Source of the DNA: Octopus sinensis
Lineage: Eukaryota
Direction: 5' to 3'
Assembly (NCBI RefSeq): GCF_006345805.1
Contig: NC_043001.1
Coordinates: forward strand, 24,924,001 to 24,988,000
DNA: 64,000 nt
Shown here: positions 11,616 through 24,364 of the stretch, piece after piece
Numbering within the stretch: the stretch's first letter is position 1
Layout of the letters: each line of letters opens with the position of its first letter
Notes under the pieces: generated by a model
Told to the model about the DNA's origin: nothing
What the model saw: the letters and a program-made list of their open reading frames with translations, nothing else
The model's database searches: none
Position numbers and translations under genes: made by a program

Positions 11616-14600
11616 CTCACGCTGACATAGAACCCATGTTGAACCCCTTATTCACAAAATTACCGAATCTGGAACTTAACTATGGTCTGCCTATAGCACT
11701 TATTCAGCATTACCTGACACCATTGGGTCTCAATGACACCATTATCTCTTATATATATGTATTAGAATTTGGTCAGAAATTTCTCTGAGTACTGAGTGTA
11801 TATTTTACATGTAGCAATTGTCTAGGAATAATTTCATAATTAACAATACAATTTAATGAAAACAGCAAATATGACTTAATGTTGATCTCTATAAATCATA
11901 TTGTTAATTATAAAATTATTCTTAGACAATTGCAACAATATATTTGGTACTCAATGAAACTTCTTCAAATGTTCTATATATTTTATTTGTGATTTGAGGA
12001 GATTTATCATTAGCTTAATGTTACTAAATTCTTATATTTACATAATTATTCAACCAGACTTAGATAAACTTAGATACATTTCAGTAAAAGTTGGTTTTGG
12101 TTTTATCTAACCTAATAGTCCCGTCTGAAAAAATCTAAAACAAAATCTCTATAAGTAATTTGAAGTCGAGTTTTGTGTATCACAGCCTATTCAAAAAGGG
12201 AGTTGTTCACTGAACCTTTTCAAAAAGGAGTTGTTCACCCAGGTATGGGTGTCTTGTCCGGATATCATTTGAAGGTTATGGGATCTTCTTTGATTGGTTT
12301 TGGGTCAATATTAGATAGAGCAGGGTTAGTTGAGGAAAAGTATCTTTGTTGCAAAGTGACTATGTGTTCTGAGCCTGATTTGTGTAGGGACGTATAGCTG
12401 GGGTTCCAGTCTTATTAAGGTTATTTGAGCAATGCTGGTAACACATTTTCCACATTGTGCGAAAGATGTAGCACTCAAGAGAATAGTGTTTCAATGTTTT
12501 AAGGTGGCCCCAATAATCAAGATCATTAATGTGTGCTAGCTAGGTATATATATGTATATATATTGATATTTTGAAAACTTTTGATCAAAATCATAACTAA
12601 GTTGAAATGATAGTCAAATGAGGAATAAGTTCCTTATGAATAATGCTATGAATCAATTGATTATGGCATCTCCTGTGTTGATATCACCTTGGCCTTGTTA
12701 ACAAAACAAAGGGGTTATGCAACAAAAGAGGGCTGCGGCAGCATTTATACAGCTTTGACAGCTAATTTACTAGTAGAACGTTCTTACAGACCAGGGTTTT
12801 TTATCTTTATCATGTTATTCAGCTAAATTGCCTAATTATATAAGTCATTAACAAAACTAAGGAAATAGATATCATTTCTGTAACTCATTTCTAAATTAAC
12901 TAATGCCTAAGAAGAACTTTACCAGTTTTATGTTTACATATGCAATGATCAATATTCACTATCACGGTTAGCAGCACAATTACTAATTCTGAATATTTAA
13001 TAAATTTTTATGGAAGTAATTCATTATTATATGTTTAAAGAAAATGTTACATAATTTTAAAAAATTTAATAATATTAAATGATATTGATAGTATTAATTA
13101 TTAAATTGTTCAATATTTATTAAAATTCTAAAGCTATTGCTCATGTGTATATATATATATATATATACTATTATGATTGATATTTAAAAGATTTATTGAA
13201 CATATTTCTTCAGAAATCTGTTGTGTATTTTCTAACAATTAATTCTAAGGAAGGAAATATTTTAAAATTAAATGAACTTCAGTAAAGAATCCAATTAACT
13301 GTAACAAAAGCTCAAAATCATTGATTTATGTCGTATAATTAATACTTTAAATAACTCTTTAAGTTAACCAATTCACAAATAATATTGTGTGTTAAGTAGA
13401 TAGTCTATAGATTAATTTAATTTGAGGATGGAGATTTCATAATAGATTTCAGAACCAGGCATTTCCTTGTTTTATTATTGAAGTAAATTTCCATTCTTTT
13501 TGGAAATTATTGCCTAAATTTCTGATTTGACTCTTCCATTATTTGCAGTATCACCTGTGTTATTCAGGGGATACTTCAATGCGTTTGCTTTTTAATCTAG
13601 ATTCATTAAAAGAATATTGTATAGTGATATCTTTCTTAAGGGAAAACTTATATTTCCGAAAAGGCATGACATGTATTTTGCTATTTTATAATAAGTCTTC
13701 ACAAGATCTGATATATGAAATAGAAAGAACCAAAGTAGATACAGCAATTAATTTGGTTAACCCGCATTGATGGTGTTTCTGTTGAGACATTTCTTAATTA
13801 TCTAATGACATTATAGCTTGAGGGAGGGATCTTTTTATAACAAATAATAGTTAAGTATAAATAATTTTAAATTAAATGTGAGAGAATTTCCCTTGATTAC
13901 TGATCACTTGTTGAGTGACTTAGGGAAGCACCATCAAACATAGTTGCAGATATGGAGAAAAGAAATTTGTGGAGCATATTTTCTCTAGTAATACAAATGG
14001 AAAAGAACTTTCTTTTCCTCAGTTAAGAATTTAATTTTAGAAACTGAAGTTTCTATGCTGATTTTTTCCAGTTTTCAATTTCTATATGAAATATAGTTCC
14101 TATCTTCAACAGCAATCTTGGTTTCAACTAATTCTCAATGAATCCACTTTAGCCATCATCCAGTTAAAATTTCCTTTAATGAAATATATATGTAAATAGG
14201 ATTTTGATACATGTCTCACTGAGACTAATGCATGTAATTGTCCTTTCATATTTTTGAGACATTGTTATAAAGAATGGAAGGGTTTCAGGATCCATTAGTT
14301 TAATATTGTTCAATAACTTAATTTAACCTGTGTTAGAGTCTAAGTGTATTACATAGCGTTATTATTTCAAATTAGAGTATTTTTATTTTCTCATAATTTT
14401 ATGATTAAGGTTAACTTTTGCTCAAAATATTTTATAATATTTTAAATTAATATTAGAATATTTTGAATTAATGCAAAAATTTCAATGGTTTTAGTGTTCT
14501 ATAATCTAAACAATTGATATCCATCATATATATTTAGGAAATATTTGCTGTAAGTGTGTAAAATAATCTCACTAGTTAGACTAATTTCTATATCACATAA

Positions 14601-14849
14601 CACACATATTGAACCATAGTTTAAAAAAAAAGAAAAGTATTTCTTAATTCCGTATATTTTTTTTTTTTTTGCACAACCGCAAACTCCATAACCTTTTTTA
14701 TTTTCAGAATTTCAAATTTGCCTTCTACGGCAGTGTTCCCGACCTGACGACTGCTCATGTCCCTGCCATAGCACACAAAAGTCATGGTCTTACAGTAATC
14801 AGTTTAATCGCTGATTATAGCTGCCAAATTATGCCATGGATACATTAGT

Positions 14850-14960
14850 CCAAATAAATCAGCTCACAGTCCCCCGCCCCCAGTACAAAGGGACACAATG
14901 GGAAATTTTGTTGCTGTTGCTCTCTGGACAGTGTCAGCAAATACACATCTTGTTGAAGCC
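14850..14960. promoter_or_regulatory. Candidate cis-regulatory motif cluster
   Basis: TGATTTAT on the minus strand (about 14854-14861), GC box CCCCGCCCC (14872-14880), Sox/TCF-like ACAAAG (14885) and ACAATG (14895), in locally GC-richer DNA with no recognisable repeats. Motif presence only. Confidence 0.3.
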
Positions 14961-16199
14961 ACATGAGATACCGTCATTGTTCTGTTCAAGCATGTTATAA
15001 CTTTCCAATAAGTGGTGACTAATCATATTTCTTATCTTGTTTTGGTTTTCTTTTTTTTCTTTCTTTTTCATTTATTATATTTTTATTGACTAAAATCATT
15101 TGATCAATAACCCCAAACATTTACCACTGGTATGAGTGAAGAAGAACCATCCAATATAACCTAAGAATTGAAGCTAAATATCGAAGAAGACTATTACTTG
15201 AGTAATTCCTCTTAAGGTTTTCTTTCAAATATAAATATTCTTATGAGGAAAGGAATACCTACATCATTCTGTTGTTTCTTTTTTCTTTCTAATGGTTTTG
15301 GGATTTATCTAACAAAATATTTCCACTTCAACTTGTGTTCTTTTCCTTCTTATTTGATTTGTTTATTGCTCTTTCCTTTTTATGATTTTCTTTATGGATT
15401 TATGGGGATTCTGTTTTAACTTTCAAACACAGTGCATTGGTCATTTGTGTTATATCAAGGGATTTTATATATATCCATATGATACAATTAATTTAAAGAA
15501 AAAAAAATATTTCTGTTTCATTAAATGTTGTTTTAAACATTTTATAAACATAAAAATAAAAAAAAGCCTATCTGTCTGCTTGCAGATCTGTGTAATATTC
15601 AGTGCTTCCAAATGGTTATTAAAAAACCTGCTTATTTTTTATATTTGTTGTAGGTATGCATGATATAGTCATACAGAGCCTGGGGTCAGAGTTCAAGTAT
15701 TACTACAAAATAACAAGCCCAGCCAAAAAGAACCCACCTTCGTTAAATAACCCTCATTGATGGTCTTACATAATGAGTGATTATTTTTACTCCAACTGAA
15801 TTTACAGAACAAAGGATTAGAACAAAACAGAAACAAGAAGGTTTGATAGTTCCGGTTAAATTGTTAACCAGGCCAGTGAGTGATGAGATCAAGTTTAAAT
15901 GTTCTCATTTCATTCAGTATGTTGCTGCTATAACAGATGTGTTTGTCTGTCTGTCCGTCTGCTAATTGTTACATAAAAAAAAATGCAGACTTCTGGTGGC
16001 ATAAAAAGACAATCCTTTTTTTGTTAATGTTTTGAAAAAAACCCTCTGACCTGTGTCAACAGTTACATTTGTTGTAAAAGAAGTTTTTCTTGGTACTAAG
16101 ATCAGGGGGAAAAAAAGGGGGAAATCTGGTCCAATGACAAATTTTAACATTTTTGATTGAATTTCTCGTGGAGGAAACAAACTTGGTGAGTTGTCTATA

Positions 16200-16267
16200 G
16201 GAGAACTGTTCTTTACCACATTCTGACTAAATGGAGACAGTCAGAATGGTAAGGAAGAATCTTCTCC
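16200..16267 (+). ncRNA. Candidate pre-miRNA-like hairpin
   Basis: ttctttacca(ca)ttctgact / aaatggagac / agtcagaa tggtaaggaa, basal ggagaa/ttctcc, and CTTC (CNNC) at 16274-16277. No match to any miRNA I recognise. Confidence 0.35.
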
Positions 16268-19200
16268 AGAAATCTTCTCAAGATTTAACCACAGCCCTCC
16301 GCCCCTCTGGCACTATTTTTTATTAATCAACAAAAGTTCATTAATGTATGAGGCAATAAGTGAAACAATAAATGTAAATCAGAACAGCATCCTTAAGAAT
16401 TTTTTAAAAATTATATATATAAACATATATATTTATTTTTATGAGTAGTTGGATGTACTGTTCTACTTCCAAGTATTTATCTTTCAGTATTTGCCTGATA
16501 TATGGATAGTTCCAAACTATCCTTTAAATTTTGTCCACTTATTGTCGTTGCCACTCTTCTCTTTAATAACACACTCTGTATATATATATATATCAGTGAA
16601 ATGGTAGTTTAGAAATCTAAACTTGTTTCGAAACTAAAGCACAAAATATTCTGGTCCGTCTGGAAATCAAATTGCCCTTTAAGCAAGGCAAGTTGATATC
16701 TTGCAGACATGGAGCCAAGAAAATTAATTCCGAATTTACTTGTAGCATCCCATCAGTAAAGAGAAGATTAAATTGAAAATCTGCAACAATGACAATCAAA
16801 CAGACAAGAGCTAGTTCAAATTTTCCATCCAATGATAACATACTAGTTTATCATTTTTATTTTTATTTTTTTTTTGTCATCAGTCAATATTGTTTCCAAG
16901 ATTTGATTGAAAGAAAATAGTACTGTGTGTCTATATAAATAAAATATGAGTGTGGTGTGAAAGGAATGGCTGTGTGTGTGTATGAGGATTTGCATGTGTG
17001 TGCATGTGGGTTTATGTGTTTAAGTGGTGCGATCTTATTCCAATTGGTCCAGACTTTGTCTTTTCAAAGAAAAAGAAAAGATCAAGAATAGTAAAACTGC
17101 ACATTCAAGCACAAAAGAAGAAACATAAAACTGTTCTGGTGATTTGACTGAATTGTGTAGTTATAATCTCTTATTGGTTGTTCACACTGAAGGGCAGATT
17201 TTGTAAACAGGCCAAGGCAAGTTAAACGATAAATTATTTTATGGTTGATTTTTTTTTTTTGCTATTTAATTCTGTTAATTTTTTTTTACTGCTCCTTCTC
17301 TTAAAACAATTTTTTTCTATTTTTTATGAATGTAAATATTTAAACATTTGTTAACAATATACATAAGTTAAACTATATATTAAAAAAAAGGTGTATTGTT
17401 TTATAATATAATTACCATAATCTATAAACAGAACATACTAATTCTTAACTTTCAGTATTTCTTAAAAGCCAATATCAAACTCCCACAGATATAAACATTT
17501 GCACACACACACTCACACACTCACACACACAACCTTATATGTGTACATATAGAAATATATGCATACACAGTGTAACACATTTCCAATATTATTATTTTTA
17601 CTTCAAATAAGCTTATTTGCCAATTTCTTTTTAATTAATATTTTATTAATTTCATGAAATTTACACTTTTTCTTTTACATTTTCCTTTACTGGTGAATTT
17701 TTTTTTCTTTAATTTATTTTCAAATTTCAGATATAATTTCTTCAGTATTAAGAATAAAGGCAGAACAAGTTTAAGAAAAATAATTATATTAAATAAATCC
17801 TTTTTTTTTCTGGGTTTTCCCTCAAACTTTTGTGATATCTAAAGACAACTTTTTGTGTTCTAATCAAAATCAAAGCAGATAAACTTTAACTTCACACAAA
17901 AACTTCCTCTTTTTTTTTGTTGTGATGTAAGCAATGTTTTCTTCATTTTTTTTTTAATAACTAATCTTTAAGTTTGAGCACAAGAAAGACATTGTTTATA
18001 TTTTTTATTTGTATTATTCCCCTAACATTTGTAAAAATTATTTTGTCTTTATAAATTCACACATTCAACCAATATCGGTTTCTTTTTATCATTTCTTAAA
18101 ATATTCTGTTTTGCTCATTGCAGCAATATGAAACTTTCCTACCTTGGACTATGAAATTAAACTACTTCTAGCTTCTACTACTTCATTTTCTGTAGATTGC
18201 TACAAACTAGAATCTTATTTATTTTTACCTATGTGTCCTTTGTTATTTTGCCCATATTATAGATATTACAAGTATTCCTGTTAATTTTCTCAGATATGTG
18301 TCTTTTCGGTACTAAAATGATTCAACTTAATACCTGAATACAGTGGAAAACCTTATTACATATGGTATACATAGAGCAGTTTATTTTTGAATTATATACA
18401 ATTGTATACTTATTAGGCAAAATGTTCATATAATTGCTTAGATGTTCCATTTATTATAGTAAGGCATATATGTAGACAATAAAAGGAATACATAATGACT
18501 TCTTGCAGTTTCAGATAATTTAAGCTTTAGTTTTCAGTTGCTTCAGCAGATTTCTATGTGGTTATTCTTTTTATAAAATAAAAATATTTTTAAAAAGCAC
18601 ACTGATTTCAGAAAACTCTGCCAAAAACTATATATATATATGTAAGTTTTCAAAATAGTAGTATTTCCACTCTTGTTCTGTAAAGTCAAATAGATTGCTT
18701 TATAAATACAGTTAGTTGTGCCTCAGATGCCTAATAGATGTGAAGAGTAATTTGATATTAAATCAAAAACTGAGAAAACATCATCGCTTGCCTCAACATT
18801 ATTATCATGTCTATAAACATCATTGCTTTTGTCTTTTATAATCTAGACTCAGGGTTGTCTAACATTTTAAATATACACATACATTGATTCAATTGAGTTG
18901 GTTTCACTAATTATACATTTTAATTGTCTGTGGAAGAATATTTGAATATTTAGGCATGAAATTATATATTTTTAGTGGAGAGGAAATGACATAAACTGCA
19001 GCAAAGTTAACTAAATTTGGAATCTACAATTCTAAATGAAAATACTCTATTTCCAATTCTTGAAAATTGAAGCATTGCTACTGGCCAAATATTTTGAAGT
19101 TAATCTCTGTAGAATTATATTTATTCAACATAATTGTTGAATAATAATATAAAATTCTCCCGTTGATTAATACTAAGCTTCATTCTCTCTCATAGCTAAC

Positions 19201-21138
19201 AAAGATAATTTTGATTATGATAATTTCATTATTATTCTTATTAATTACAACAATTCATAGTTGAATCCCTCTAAAGAGGTATCTGTTCTAAAATCATAAC
19301 TCTCTATGGTTCAACTAGCCTAGTTTTTCCTGTTAAATGAATTACTGACTTTTTACATGATATATAGGTTCAATATAAATTGATAATTAAGATGTCTCAC
19401 AGTGTGTAGTCTAAAGCATTTTCTAGAAGAAAACCTTATTTACAAACCAAACTAGAAAGCTATAAAATATTGATTGGTATTAACAATCTGTGTTAATGTC
19501 AATGAAGATAAGTAAAGACAGTTTTTGTCAACTAACTTTTTCCACTGACGGATATGAAAAATCATTCCTACTTTTATCTCATTCCTTGTCAGTTTGAATA
19601 TTTTACCTGGGACATAAATGCTTCTTAATTGCCACGCATTCTTTTTTTAATTAACACAATTGTCTACTATATTAAGTTTGAACATCTGTTACAGTTTCTT
19701 GTTCATTAAATTTTCTAATTTTGAGTAAGGAAGAAACAATGAACACTATTTCATTTCCTTTTGGAAATTCATTTTCTGGACTTTTGCCATGCTAACTAGT
19801 ATATTAGTTTTACATCGCAATGCTAATAATTATGAAATTACCTAATTAAATTCTAAAGTCTGAGGAAACTAGTGATGGTCTGTGCTGGAAAAAAAAAGGC
19901 CTGATATGGACATGTACAAGTGACTTATGAAATTACTTTGTTTATTGCTAATGCTATTAAAGAACTATCAACTAAACCTTTTCTGTAAATATTAGTAATG
20001 CTATAGCATTCATTGTCCTTCTAGAAATTTTGCCATCTGTTGTCAAAGTTATTTCTCAAAATAGGCATTTTTTTACAATAGCTTCTTTGGTTTAGCAGCT
20101 GCAAATACAAAATACACAAAACGTATTTCATATTAAACAGAAAAGAAAATTGGCAGTTACCCAAATTGCAACAGAGTTGGGATTTACATTATTTGCATAT
20201 TACACCTTGACATTTTGTTCACATTTCAGTTTACAATAAATTCTCAAACATCTTTTATACATGACATAAGTTGCTAATTCAATTGTACAAAAACTTTATT
20301 CCATAATCTACAAGGCACTGTTATGATAAAAATTTTCCATGAGATCATTATTTTAATATTGACCAAAAGCAGTATTCATACAGATTCTTATAAACAAAGC
20401 ATTCTTTGAACTTCTGCTTAGTTATTAACTCTAAAACTAGATATATTTTATAGACTTTTCAAAATAGTCATGAGCAAATATTCTACATAAAAGTTATTTA
20501 CAATTTAAGCTCTTATTTTTTTTTTTAATCATTGTAATATACTAAAAACGTTATATATTTGATATATGAAAGAAAAAACTCCAGTAATCCTTATATGCTA
20601 GCATTGTTCAAATACATTTTATTATAAATTTGTAGATTGTTGATGTTATATATAAGTTTATTTGATCAATATAGATCAAATAATTAAACTTACTTTCATC
20701 CTATCTAACTAAAGAATTAGTATCTCTCTACATATATATTTTATGACTTCGTTTAGGCATAGTGATACTAATAATCAGTTGTTAGAACTCAAATATACTT
20801 ATACTTTAGAGTAAAGCATTAGGTGAGTTCGGAATGTAATATTAATTATGAATGACAAAAGAACATGAGTAATCACTTTCATTATAGCTTACAGTTGTTT
20901 CTGCTCTAAGAAACATTGTACGCAGAGCTAAGTGCTTGTGCAACATCCTATACCTTCCTCAGAGCCCAAGATTGTTAAGTTATAACTAATAACAAAATAT
21001 TTACTGATGTAAGCACTCAATACTGATAGTTGAGTCAAATATATTATACTTAAAGACTTGACTAGGATTTAAAGTTTTGCCTTTTGCAGCTTAATTTGTC
21101 ATACATTATGTGTGTATGTGTGCATACACGCACACATC

Positions 21139-21171
<33 letters not shown>

Positions 21172-21470
21172 AAATATAATATAAAAAGAATTCTTAAACT
21201 ACTTATAGTAATTTGTATACTACTGAAGTTATCTGTTGGAATCAGCAGCCTGAATTGATCTAATTTCTAATTTGGAAACTAAAATAATAATTAATCAAGC
21301 TTTTAAAGAATATATACCAACAATCTAAACACCTTTTTAAAGCAGATATTTACTTTTGATTTTACTGAAATAGCTTTGAACTGCTTCTTGTAAAAAATAA
21401 CTAAAAATTGCATTTTTACATGAGCAAAACAGTCATTTGTAAAATATTAAAAATGCGATAGATACTAGCT

Positions 21471-21510
<40 letters not shown>

Positions 21511-21518
<8 letters not shown>

Positions 21519-21572
21519 TTCATCATCATCATCACGGACGTTAAACGATGATGATGATGATGAAATTTATAT
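21511..21572. repeat. Perfect approximately 23-bp hairpin built from a retroelement tail
   Basis: atataaatttcatcatcatcatc / acggacgttaaac / gatgatgatgatgatgaaatttatat; cggacgttaaac(gat)n is the RTE-type tail. Confidence 0.85.
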
Positions 21573-21949
21573 TTATACTACTAGAATTGAGAATTTAGAT
21601 TTTGCTGTAATAATATTTGTTAGAGTGAGCTATGCAAATTTTGGCATTATATTGATACAAAAAGAATCAAATCAATCAAAATATACTAGTTTAAATTGAC
21701 TGCATTAGTCAAATTCTGTAATTTTTCGTTTGTATTAAAAATTCTTGATAAGATAACAAAAACTATTAATCAAATACAACTGCTTAATATTTACAGTAAA
21801 AATAGAAAGCAATTGTTTAAAATTTCTAAAATTTGAATTTAGAGTAAATAGTGAAATACTTCAGTTTTGTATTCGATTTGCAAGATTTTTGATATGAAAT
21901 CATATGTTGAAACAGATTTTGTTGTACTTTGGGAGAGTCATTATGCTAA

Positions 21950-22240
21950 TTAGTTAACCACTTAACCAATTAACTAAACAATCGTTTGATTAGTCATTCA
22001 GTCACTCAAACAGCAACATTCATATGCAATCTCATCTGTAATATATTCTCTACTCTGGGTCTGTCCTAGATAGATGTGGATGAGAGAGGGCACATCACGG
22101 ATGACATTGCAAGCAGTGTCAAAAGAACTCTGGTGAACTTAGATGATTGACTGAATAACCAAGCAGTTACTGAAACAATTTGATTTTAGTTAATGGCTAA
22201 TGAAACAATTTATTTTCCTTGATGGTTAAATGGTTTACTA
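21950..22240. mobile_element. Old MITE-like element with imperfect terminal inverted repeats
   Basis: tagttaaccacttaacca...ttcagtcactc mirrors the right flank; a related copy with a similar core lies at about 4140-4420. Confidence 0.55.
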
Positions 22241-24133
22241 CTTGACTAATAATGATAAAAGAAGAGGAGTAGGACCAGTGTGTATTTATTATTAGCTTAA
22301 TGACCCTCCCAACATACAAGAAAATTGTTAAATAACTGTCTAGAAACAACATTATGAAAAGAGTTGAAACCAGACTGAGGGAAGTGTCTTATCAAGAAAT
22401 AAATTCTCTTCATATATATGCCATTGCATTTATTATTCATCTAATAGATATTAAAATGTAAAATATTTGATAAGAGATGTATTTTTCTTTTAGTTTTCTC
22501 ATAGATATAGTTTTAAATATATTTTTCAACTACAAAATACACCAGAGGAAAATGTTTACTATTTGATAGAAGAATATTTTAATGACACTGAATTTTCTAG
22601 CAAGTGCCCATGAAATTGTTATTTAAACAAATAAAAAAAAAGACTAAACAACTGAATCTTTTTAAGAAATAAAGAACTACCAAGCAAATTACCATATGTT
22701 TTCTGGACTTTCTTAAAACTACTAATCCTGCTAATTCTGACCATATTTAACTTAAAGGAAAATTTGTTATCTGCATACAACCTAGATTTATATGATTAAA
22801 ATTTCTTTGTTTGCACCAAAATTCAAAAACAATATTCTTACCTCAAACTATTCAATATATTTAATATGTCTCCCAAATATCAAACACTGCAAAATACTTT
22901 TTAAAAAGGAGTTATCTTGTTCAAAATTCACTTTCATTATATTTGAATTTCAAAACATTCTTTTGATTAATAAAAATATTTTAATCATAATTTTGATATC
23001 ATATCTGCTTTATGATATTTCAACAGATGATTAATCATTTTGAAGTTACCTAAAAGCCTCATGTTCCAATCTGTTTTGTGGCCTTCTATCATGTTACATT
23101 TAATTGTGTTAGGTGCAGTTTAGCAATTAAGGCATGTTGCAGCTTCTATTCTACCCTATCAGGCCTATGTTGATGTGATAAAGAGTTTATAAAAATTACA
23201 ATGCATGTAAGCAAGGAGAATTTTGTTAATATGTGGCAACTGTGATTTAAAAAAAAATTTATTTTGGAAATTAGGAACCTCTCAAAAGAAAATGGATTGA
23301 ATAGGAAAATTAATCTTACCATTAACTTTATCTTTTGTGTTTTTGTCTATATATGCTTCTTTATTCAGTATAATTCCAAGTCGCATTTTCATTTTCACGT
23401 ATAAGCCTTTTCCTTGGGCTATATTTGAATCCTCAAAATTTCAGCATTCTTATCAACTGTAAATCTGATATTATCAAATATTTTGGTGTATATGTGAGTT
23501 TTACATTTGTCTGCATCAGTCTGGAGGGACAGGGATTTTAATACAACATTCTGGTAAAATTCTAATGCATCTCATTGTTTATGGAAGTAGTTGGAAGAGT
23601 AACTGCATAGACCGAAATGAATTCCAGCTTTGAATTATATCTTTCACATATCTAACTGCTTTTTCTTTTTTTTTTTTTTTTTTAGTCAGAGAGTTTTGAT
23701 TTTGTTTTATCAAATGATAGACATAACTTCTGCCACAACAATCTGTCTTAGCCGAAAAATTAATAAATTTAAAACAAATTAAAATCTTGGAAATGATCTG
23801 CTTCTTTCTTTTTCTACTTCCTTATTGAAGAACTGATTCGCTACTTGAGCACATTTGTTTAGAAAATTTACATTCAGTGCTCCATAAATTATTGCTGACT
23901 GAGAGACTTGATAGAGGTGAAATTGAAAAAAAAATCTACAAGGATTACTTCTATTGGTATAGATATATTGAACCAATTAAGTGAAATACTATAATTTAAG
24001 AAAATTCATGTTAGGCTATGTTGACAAACATCAGTTCAAAAAAGTTTTCAAAATAGAATAAGTTTATGTACTATGAGAAGTGAATCCTAATTATTGGATA
24101 GGAATCTTCTTCTCACGAACTTGTATTAGAGTA

Positions 24134-24364
24134 TTAACTCTTTAGTGTTTGCATTATTCTGCCAAAATCAATGCCTTTTTTTATCCACATTGCTTTGAAC
24201 TAATCATGCATTATCTTGTAGCTTTGAGATTTTGATGAGGTAGCTGTTAATTTTTAAAATGATATTGTAGGGTCGGTGTGAAAGACCAGATCTGGTCAGT
24301 TTGAACGTAAAACAGGCAGAATACTTTTGGCCAGATATGGCCGGTTTAAATGCTAAAGGGTTAA
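24134..24364. mobile_element. MITE with ttaaccctttagcatt-type terminal inverted repeats
   Basis: ttaactctttagtgttt ... aaatgctaaagggttaa; a second copy in opposite orientation lies at 44212-44420. Confidence 0.85.

Noticed and set aside
12130-12510. GC-richer, strand-asymmetric segment suggestive of a decayed Penelope-like fragment
   Set aside because: No convincing protein motif or hammerhead was recovered, so it is left unassigned.
14727-14773. Possible hairpin ctacggcag...ctgccatag as a miRNA precursor
   Set aside because: Only about 9 bp pair and the interior does not fold.
15645-15660. AG|GT motifs (also at about 43540) as recursive splice sites
   Set aside because: The donor halves are non-consensus and no host intron is established.
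22070-22132. Exon-like IDVDERGHITDDIASSVKRTL
   Set aside because: It lies in the core of a MITE-like repeat with a related copy at about 4200-4260.
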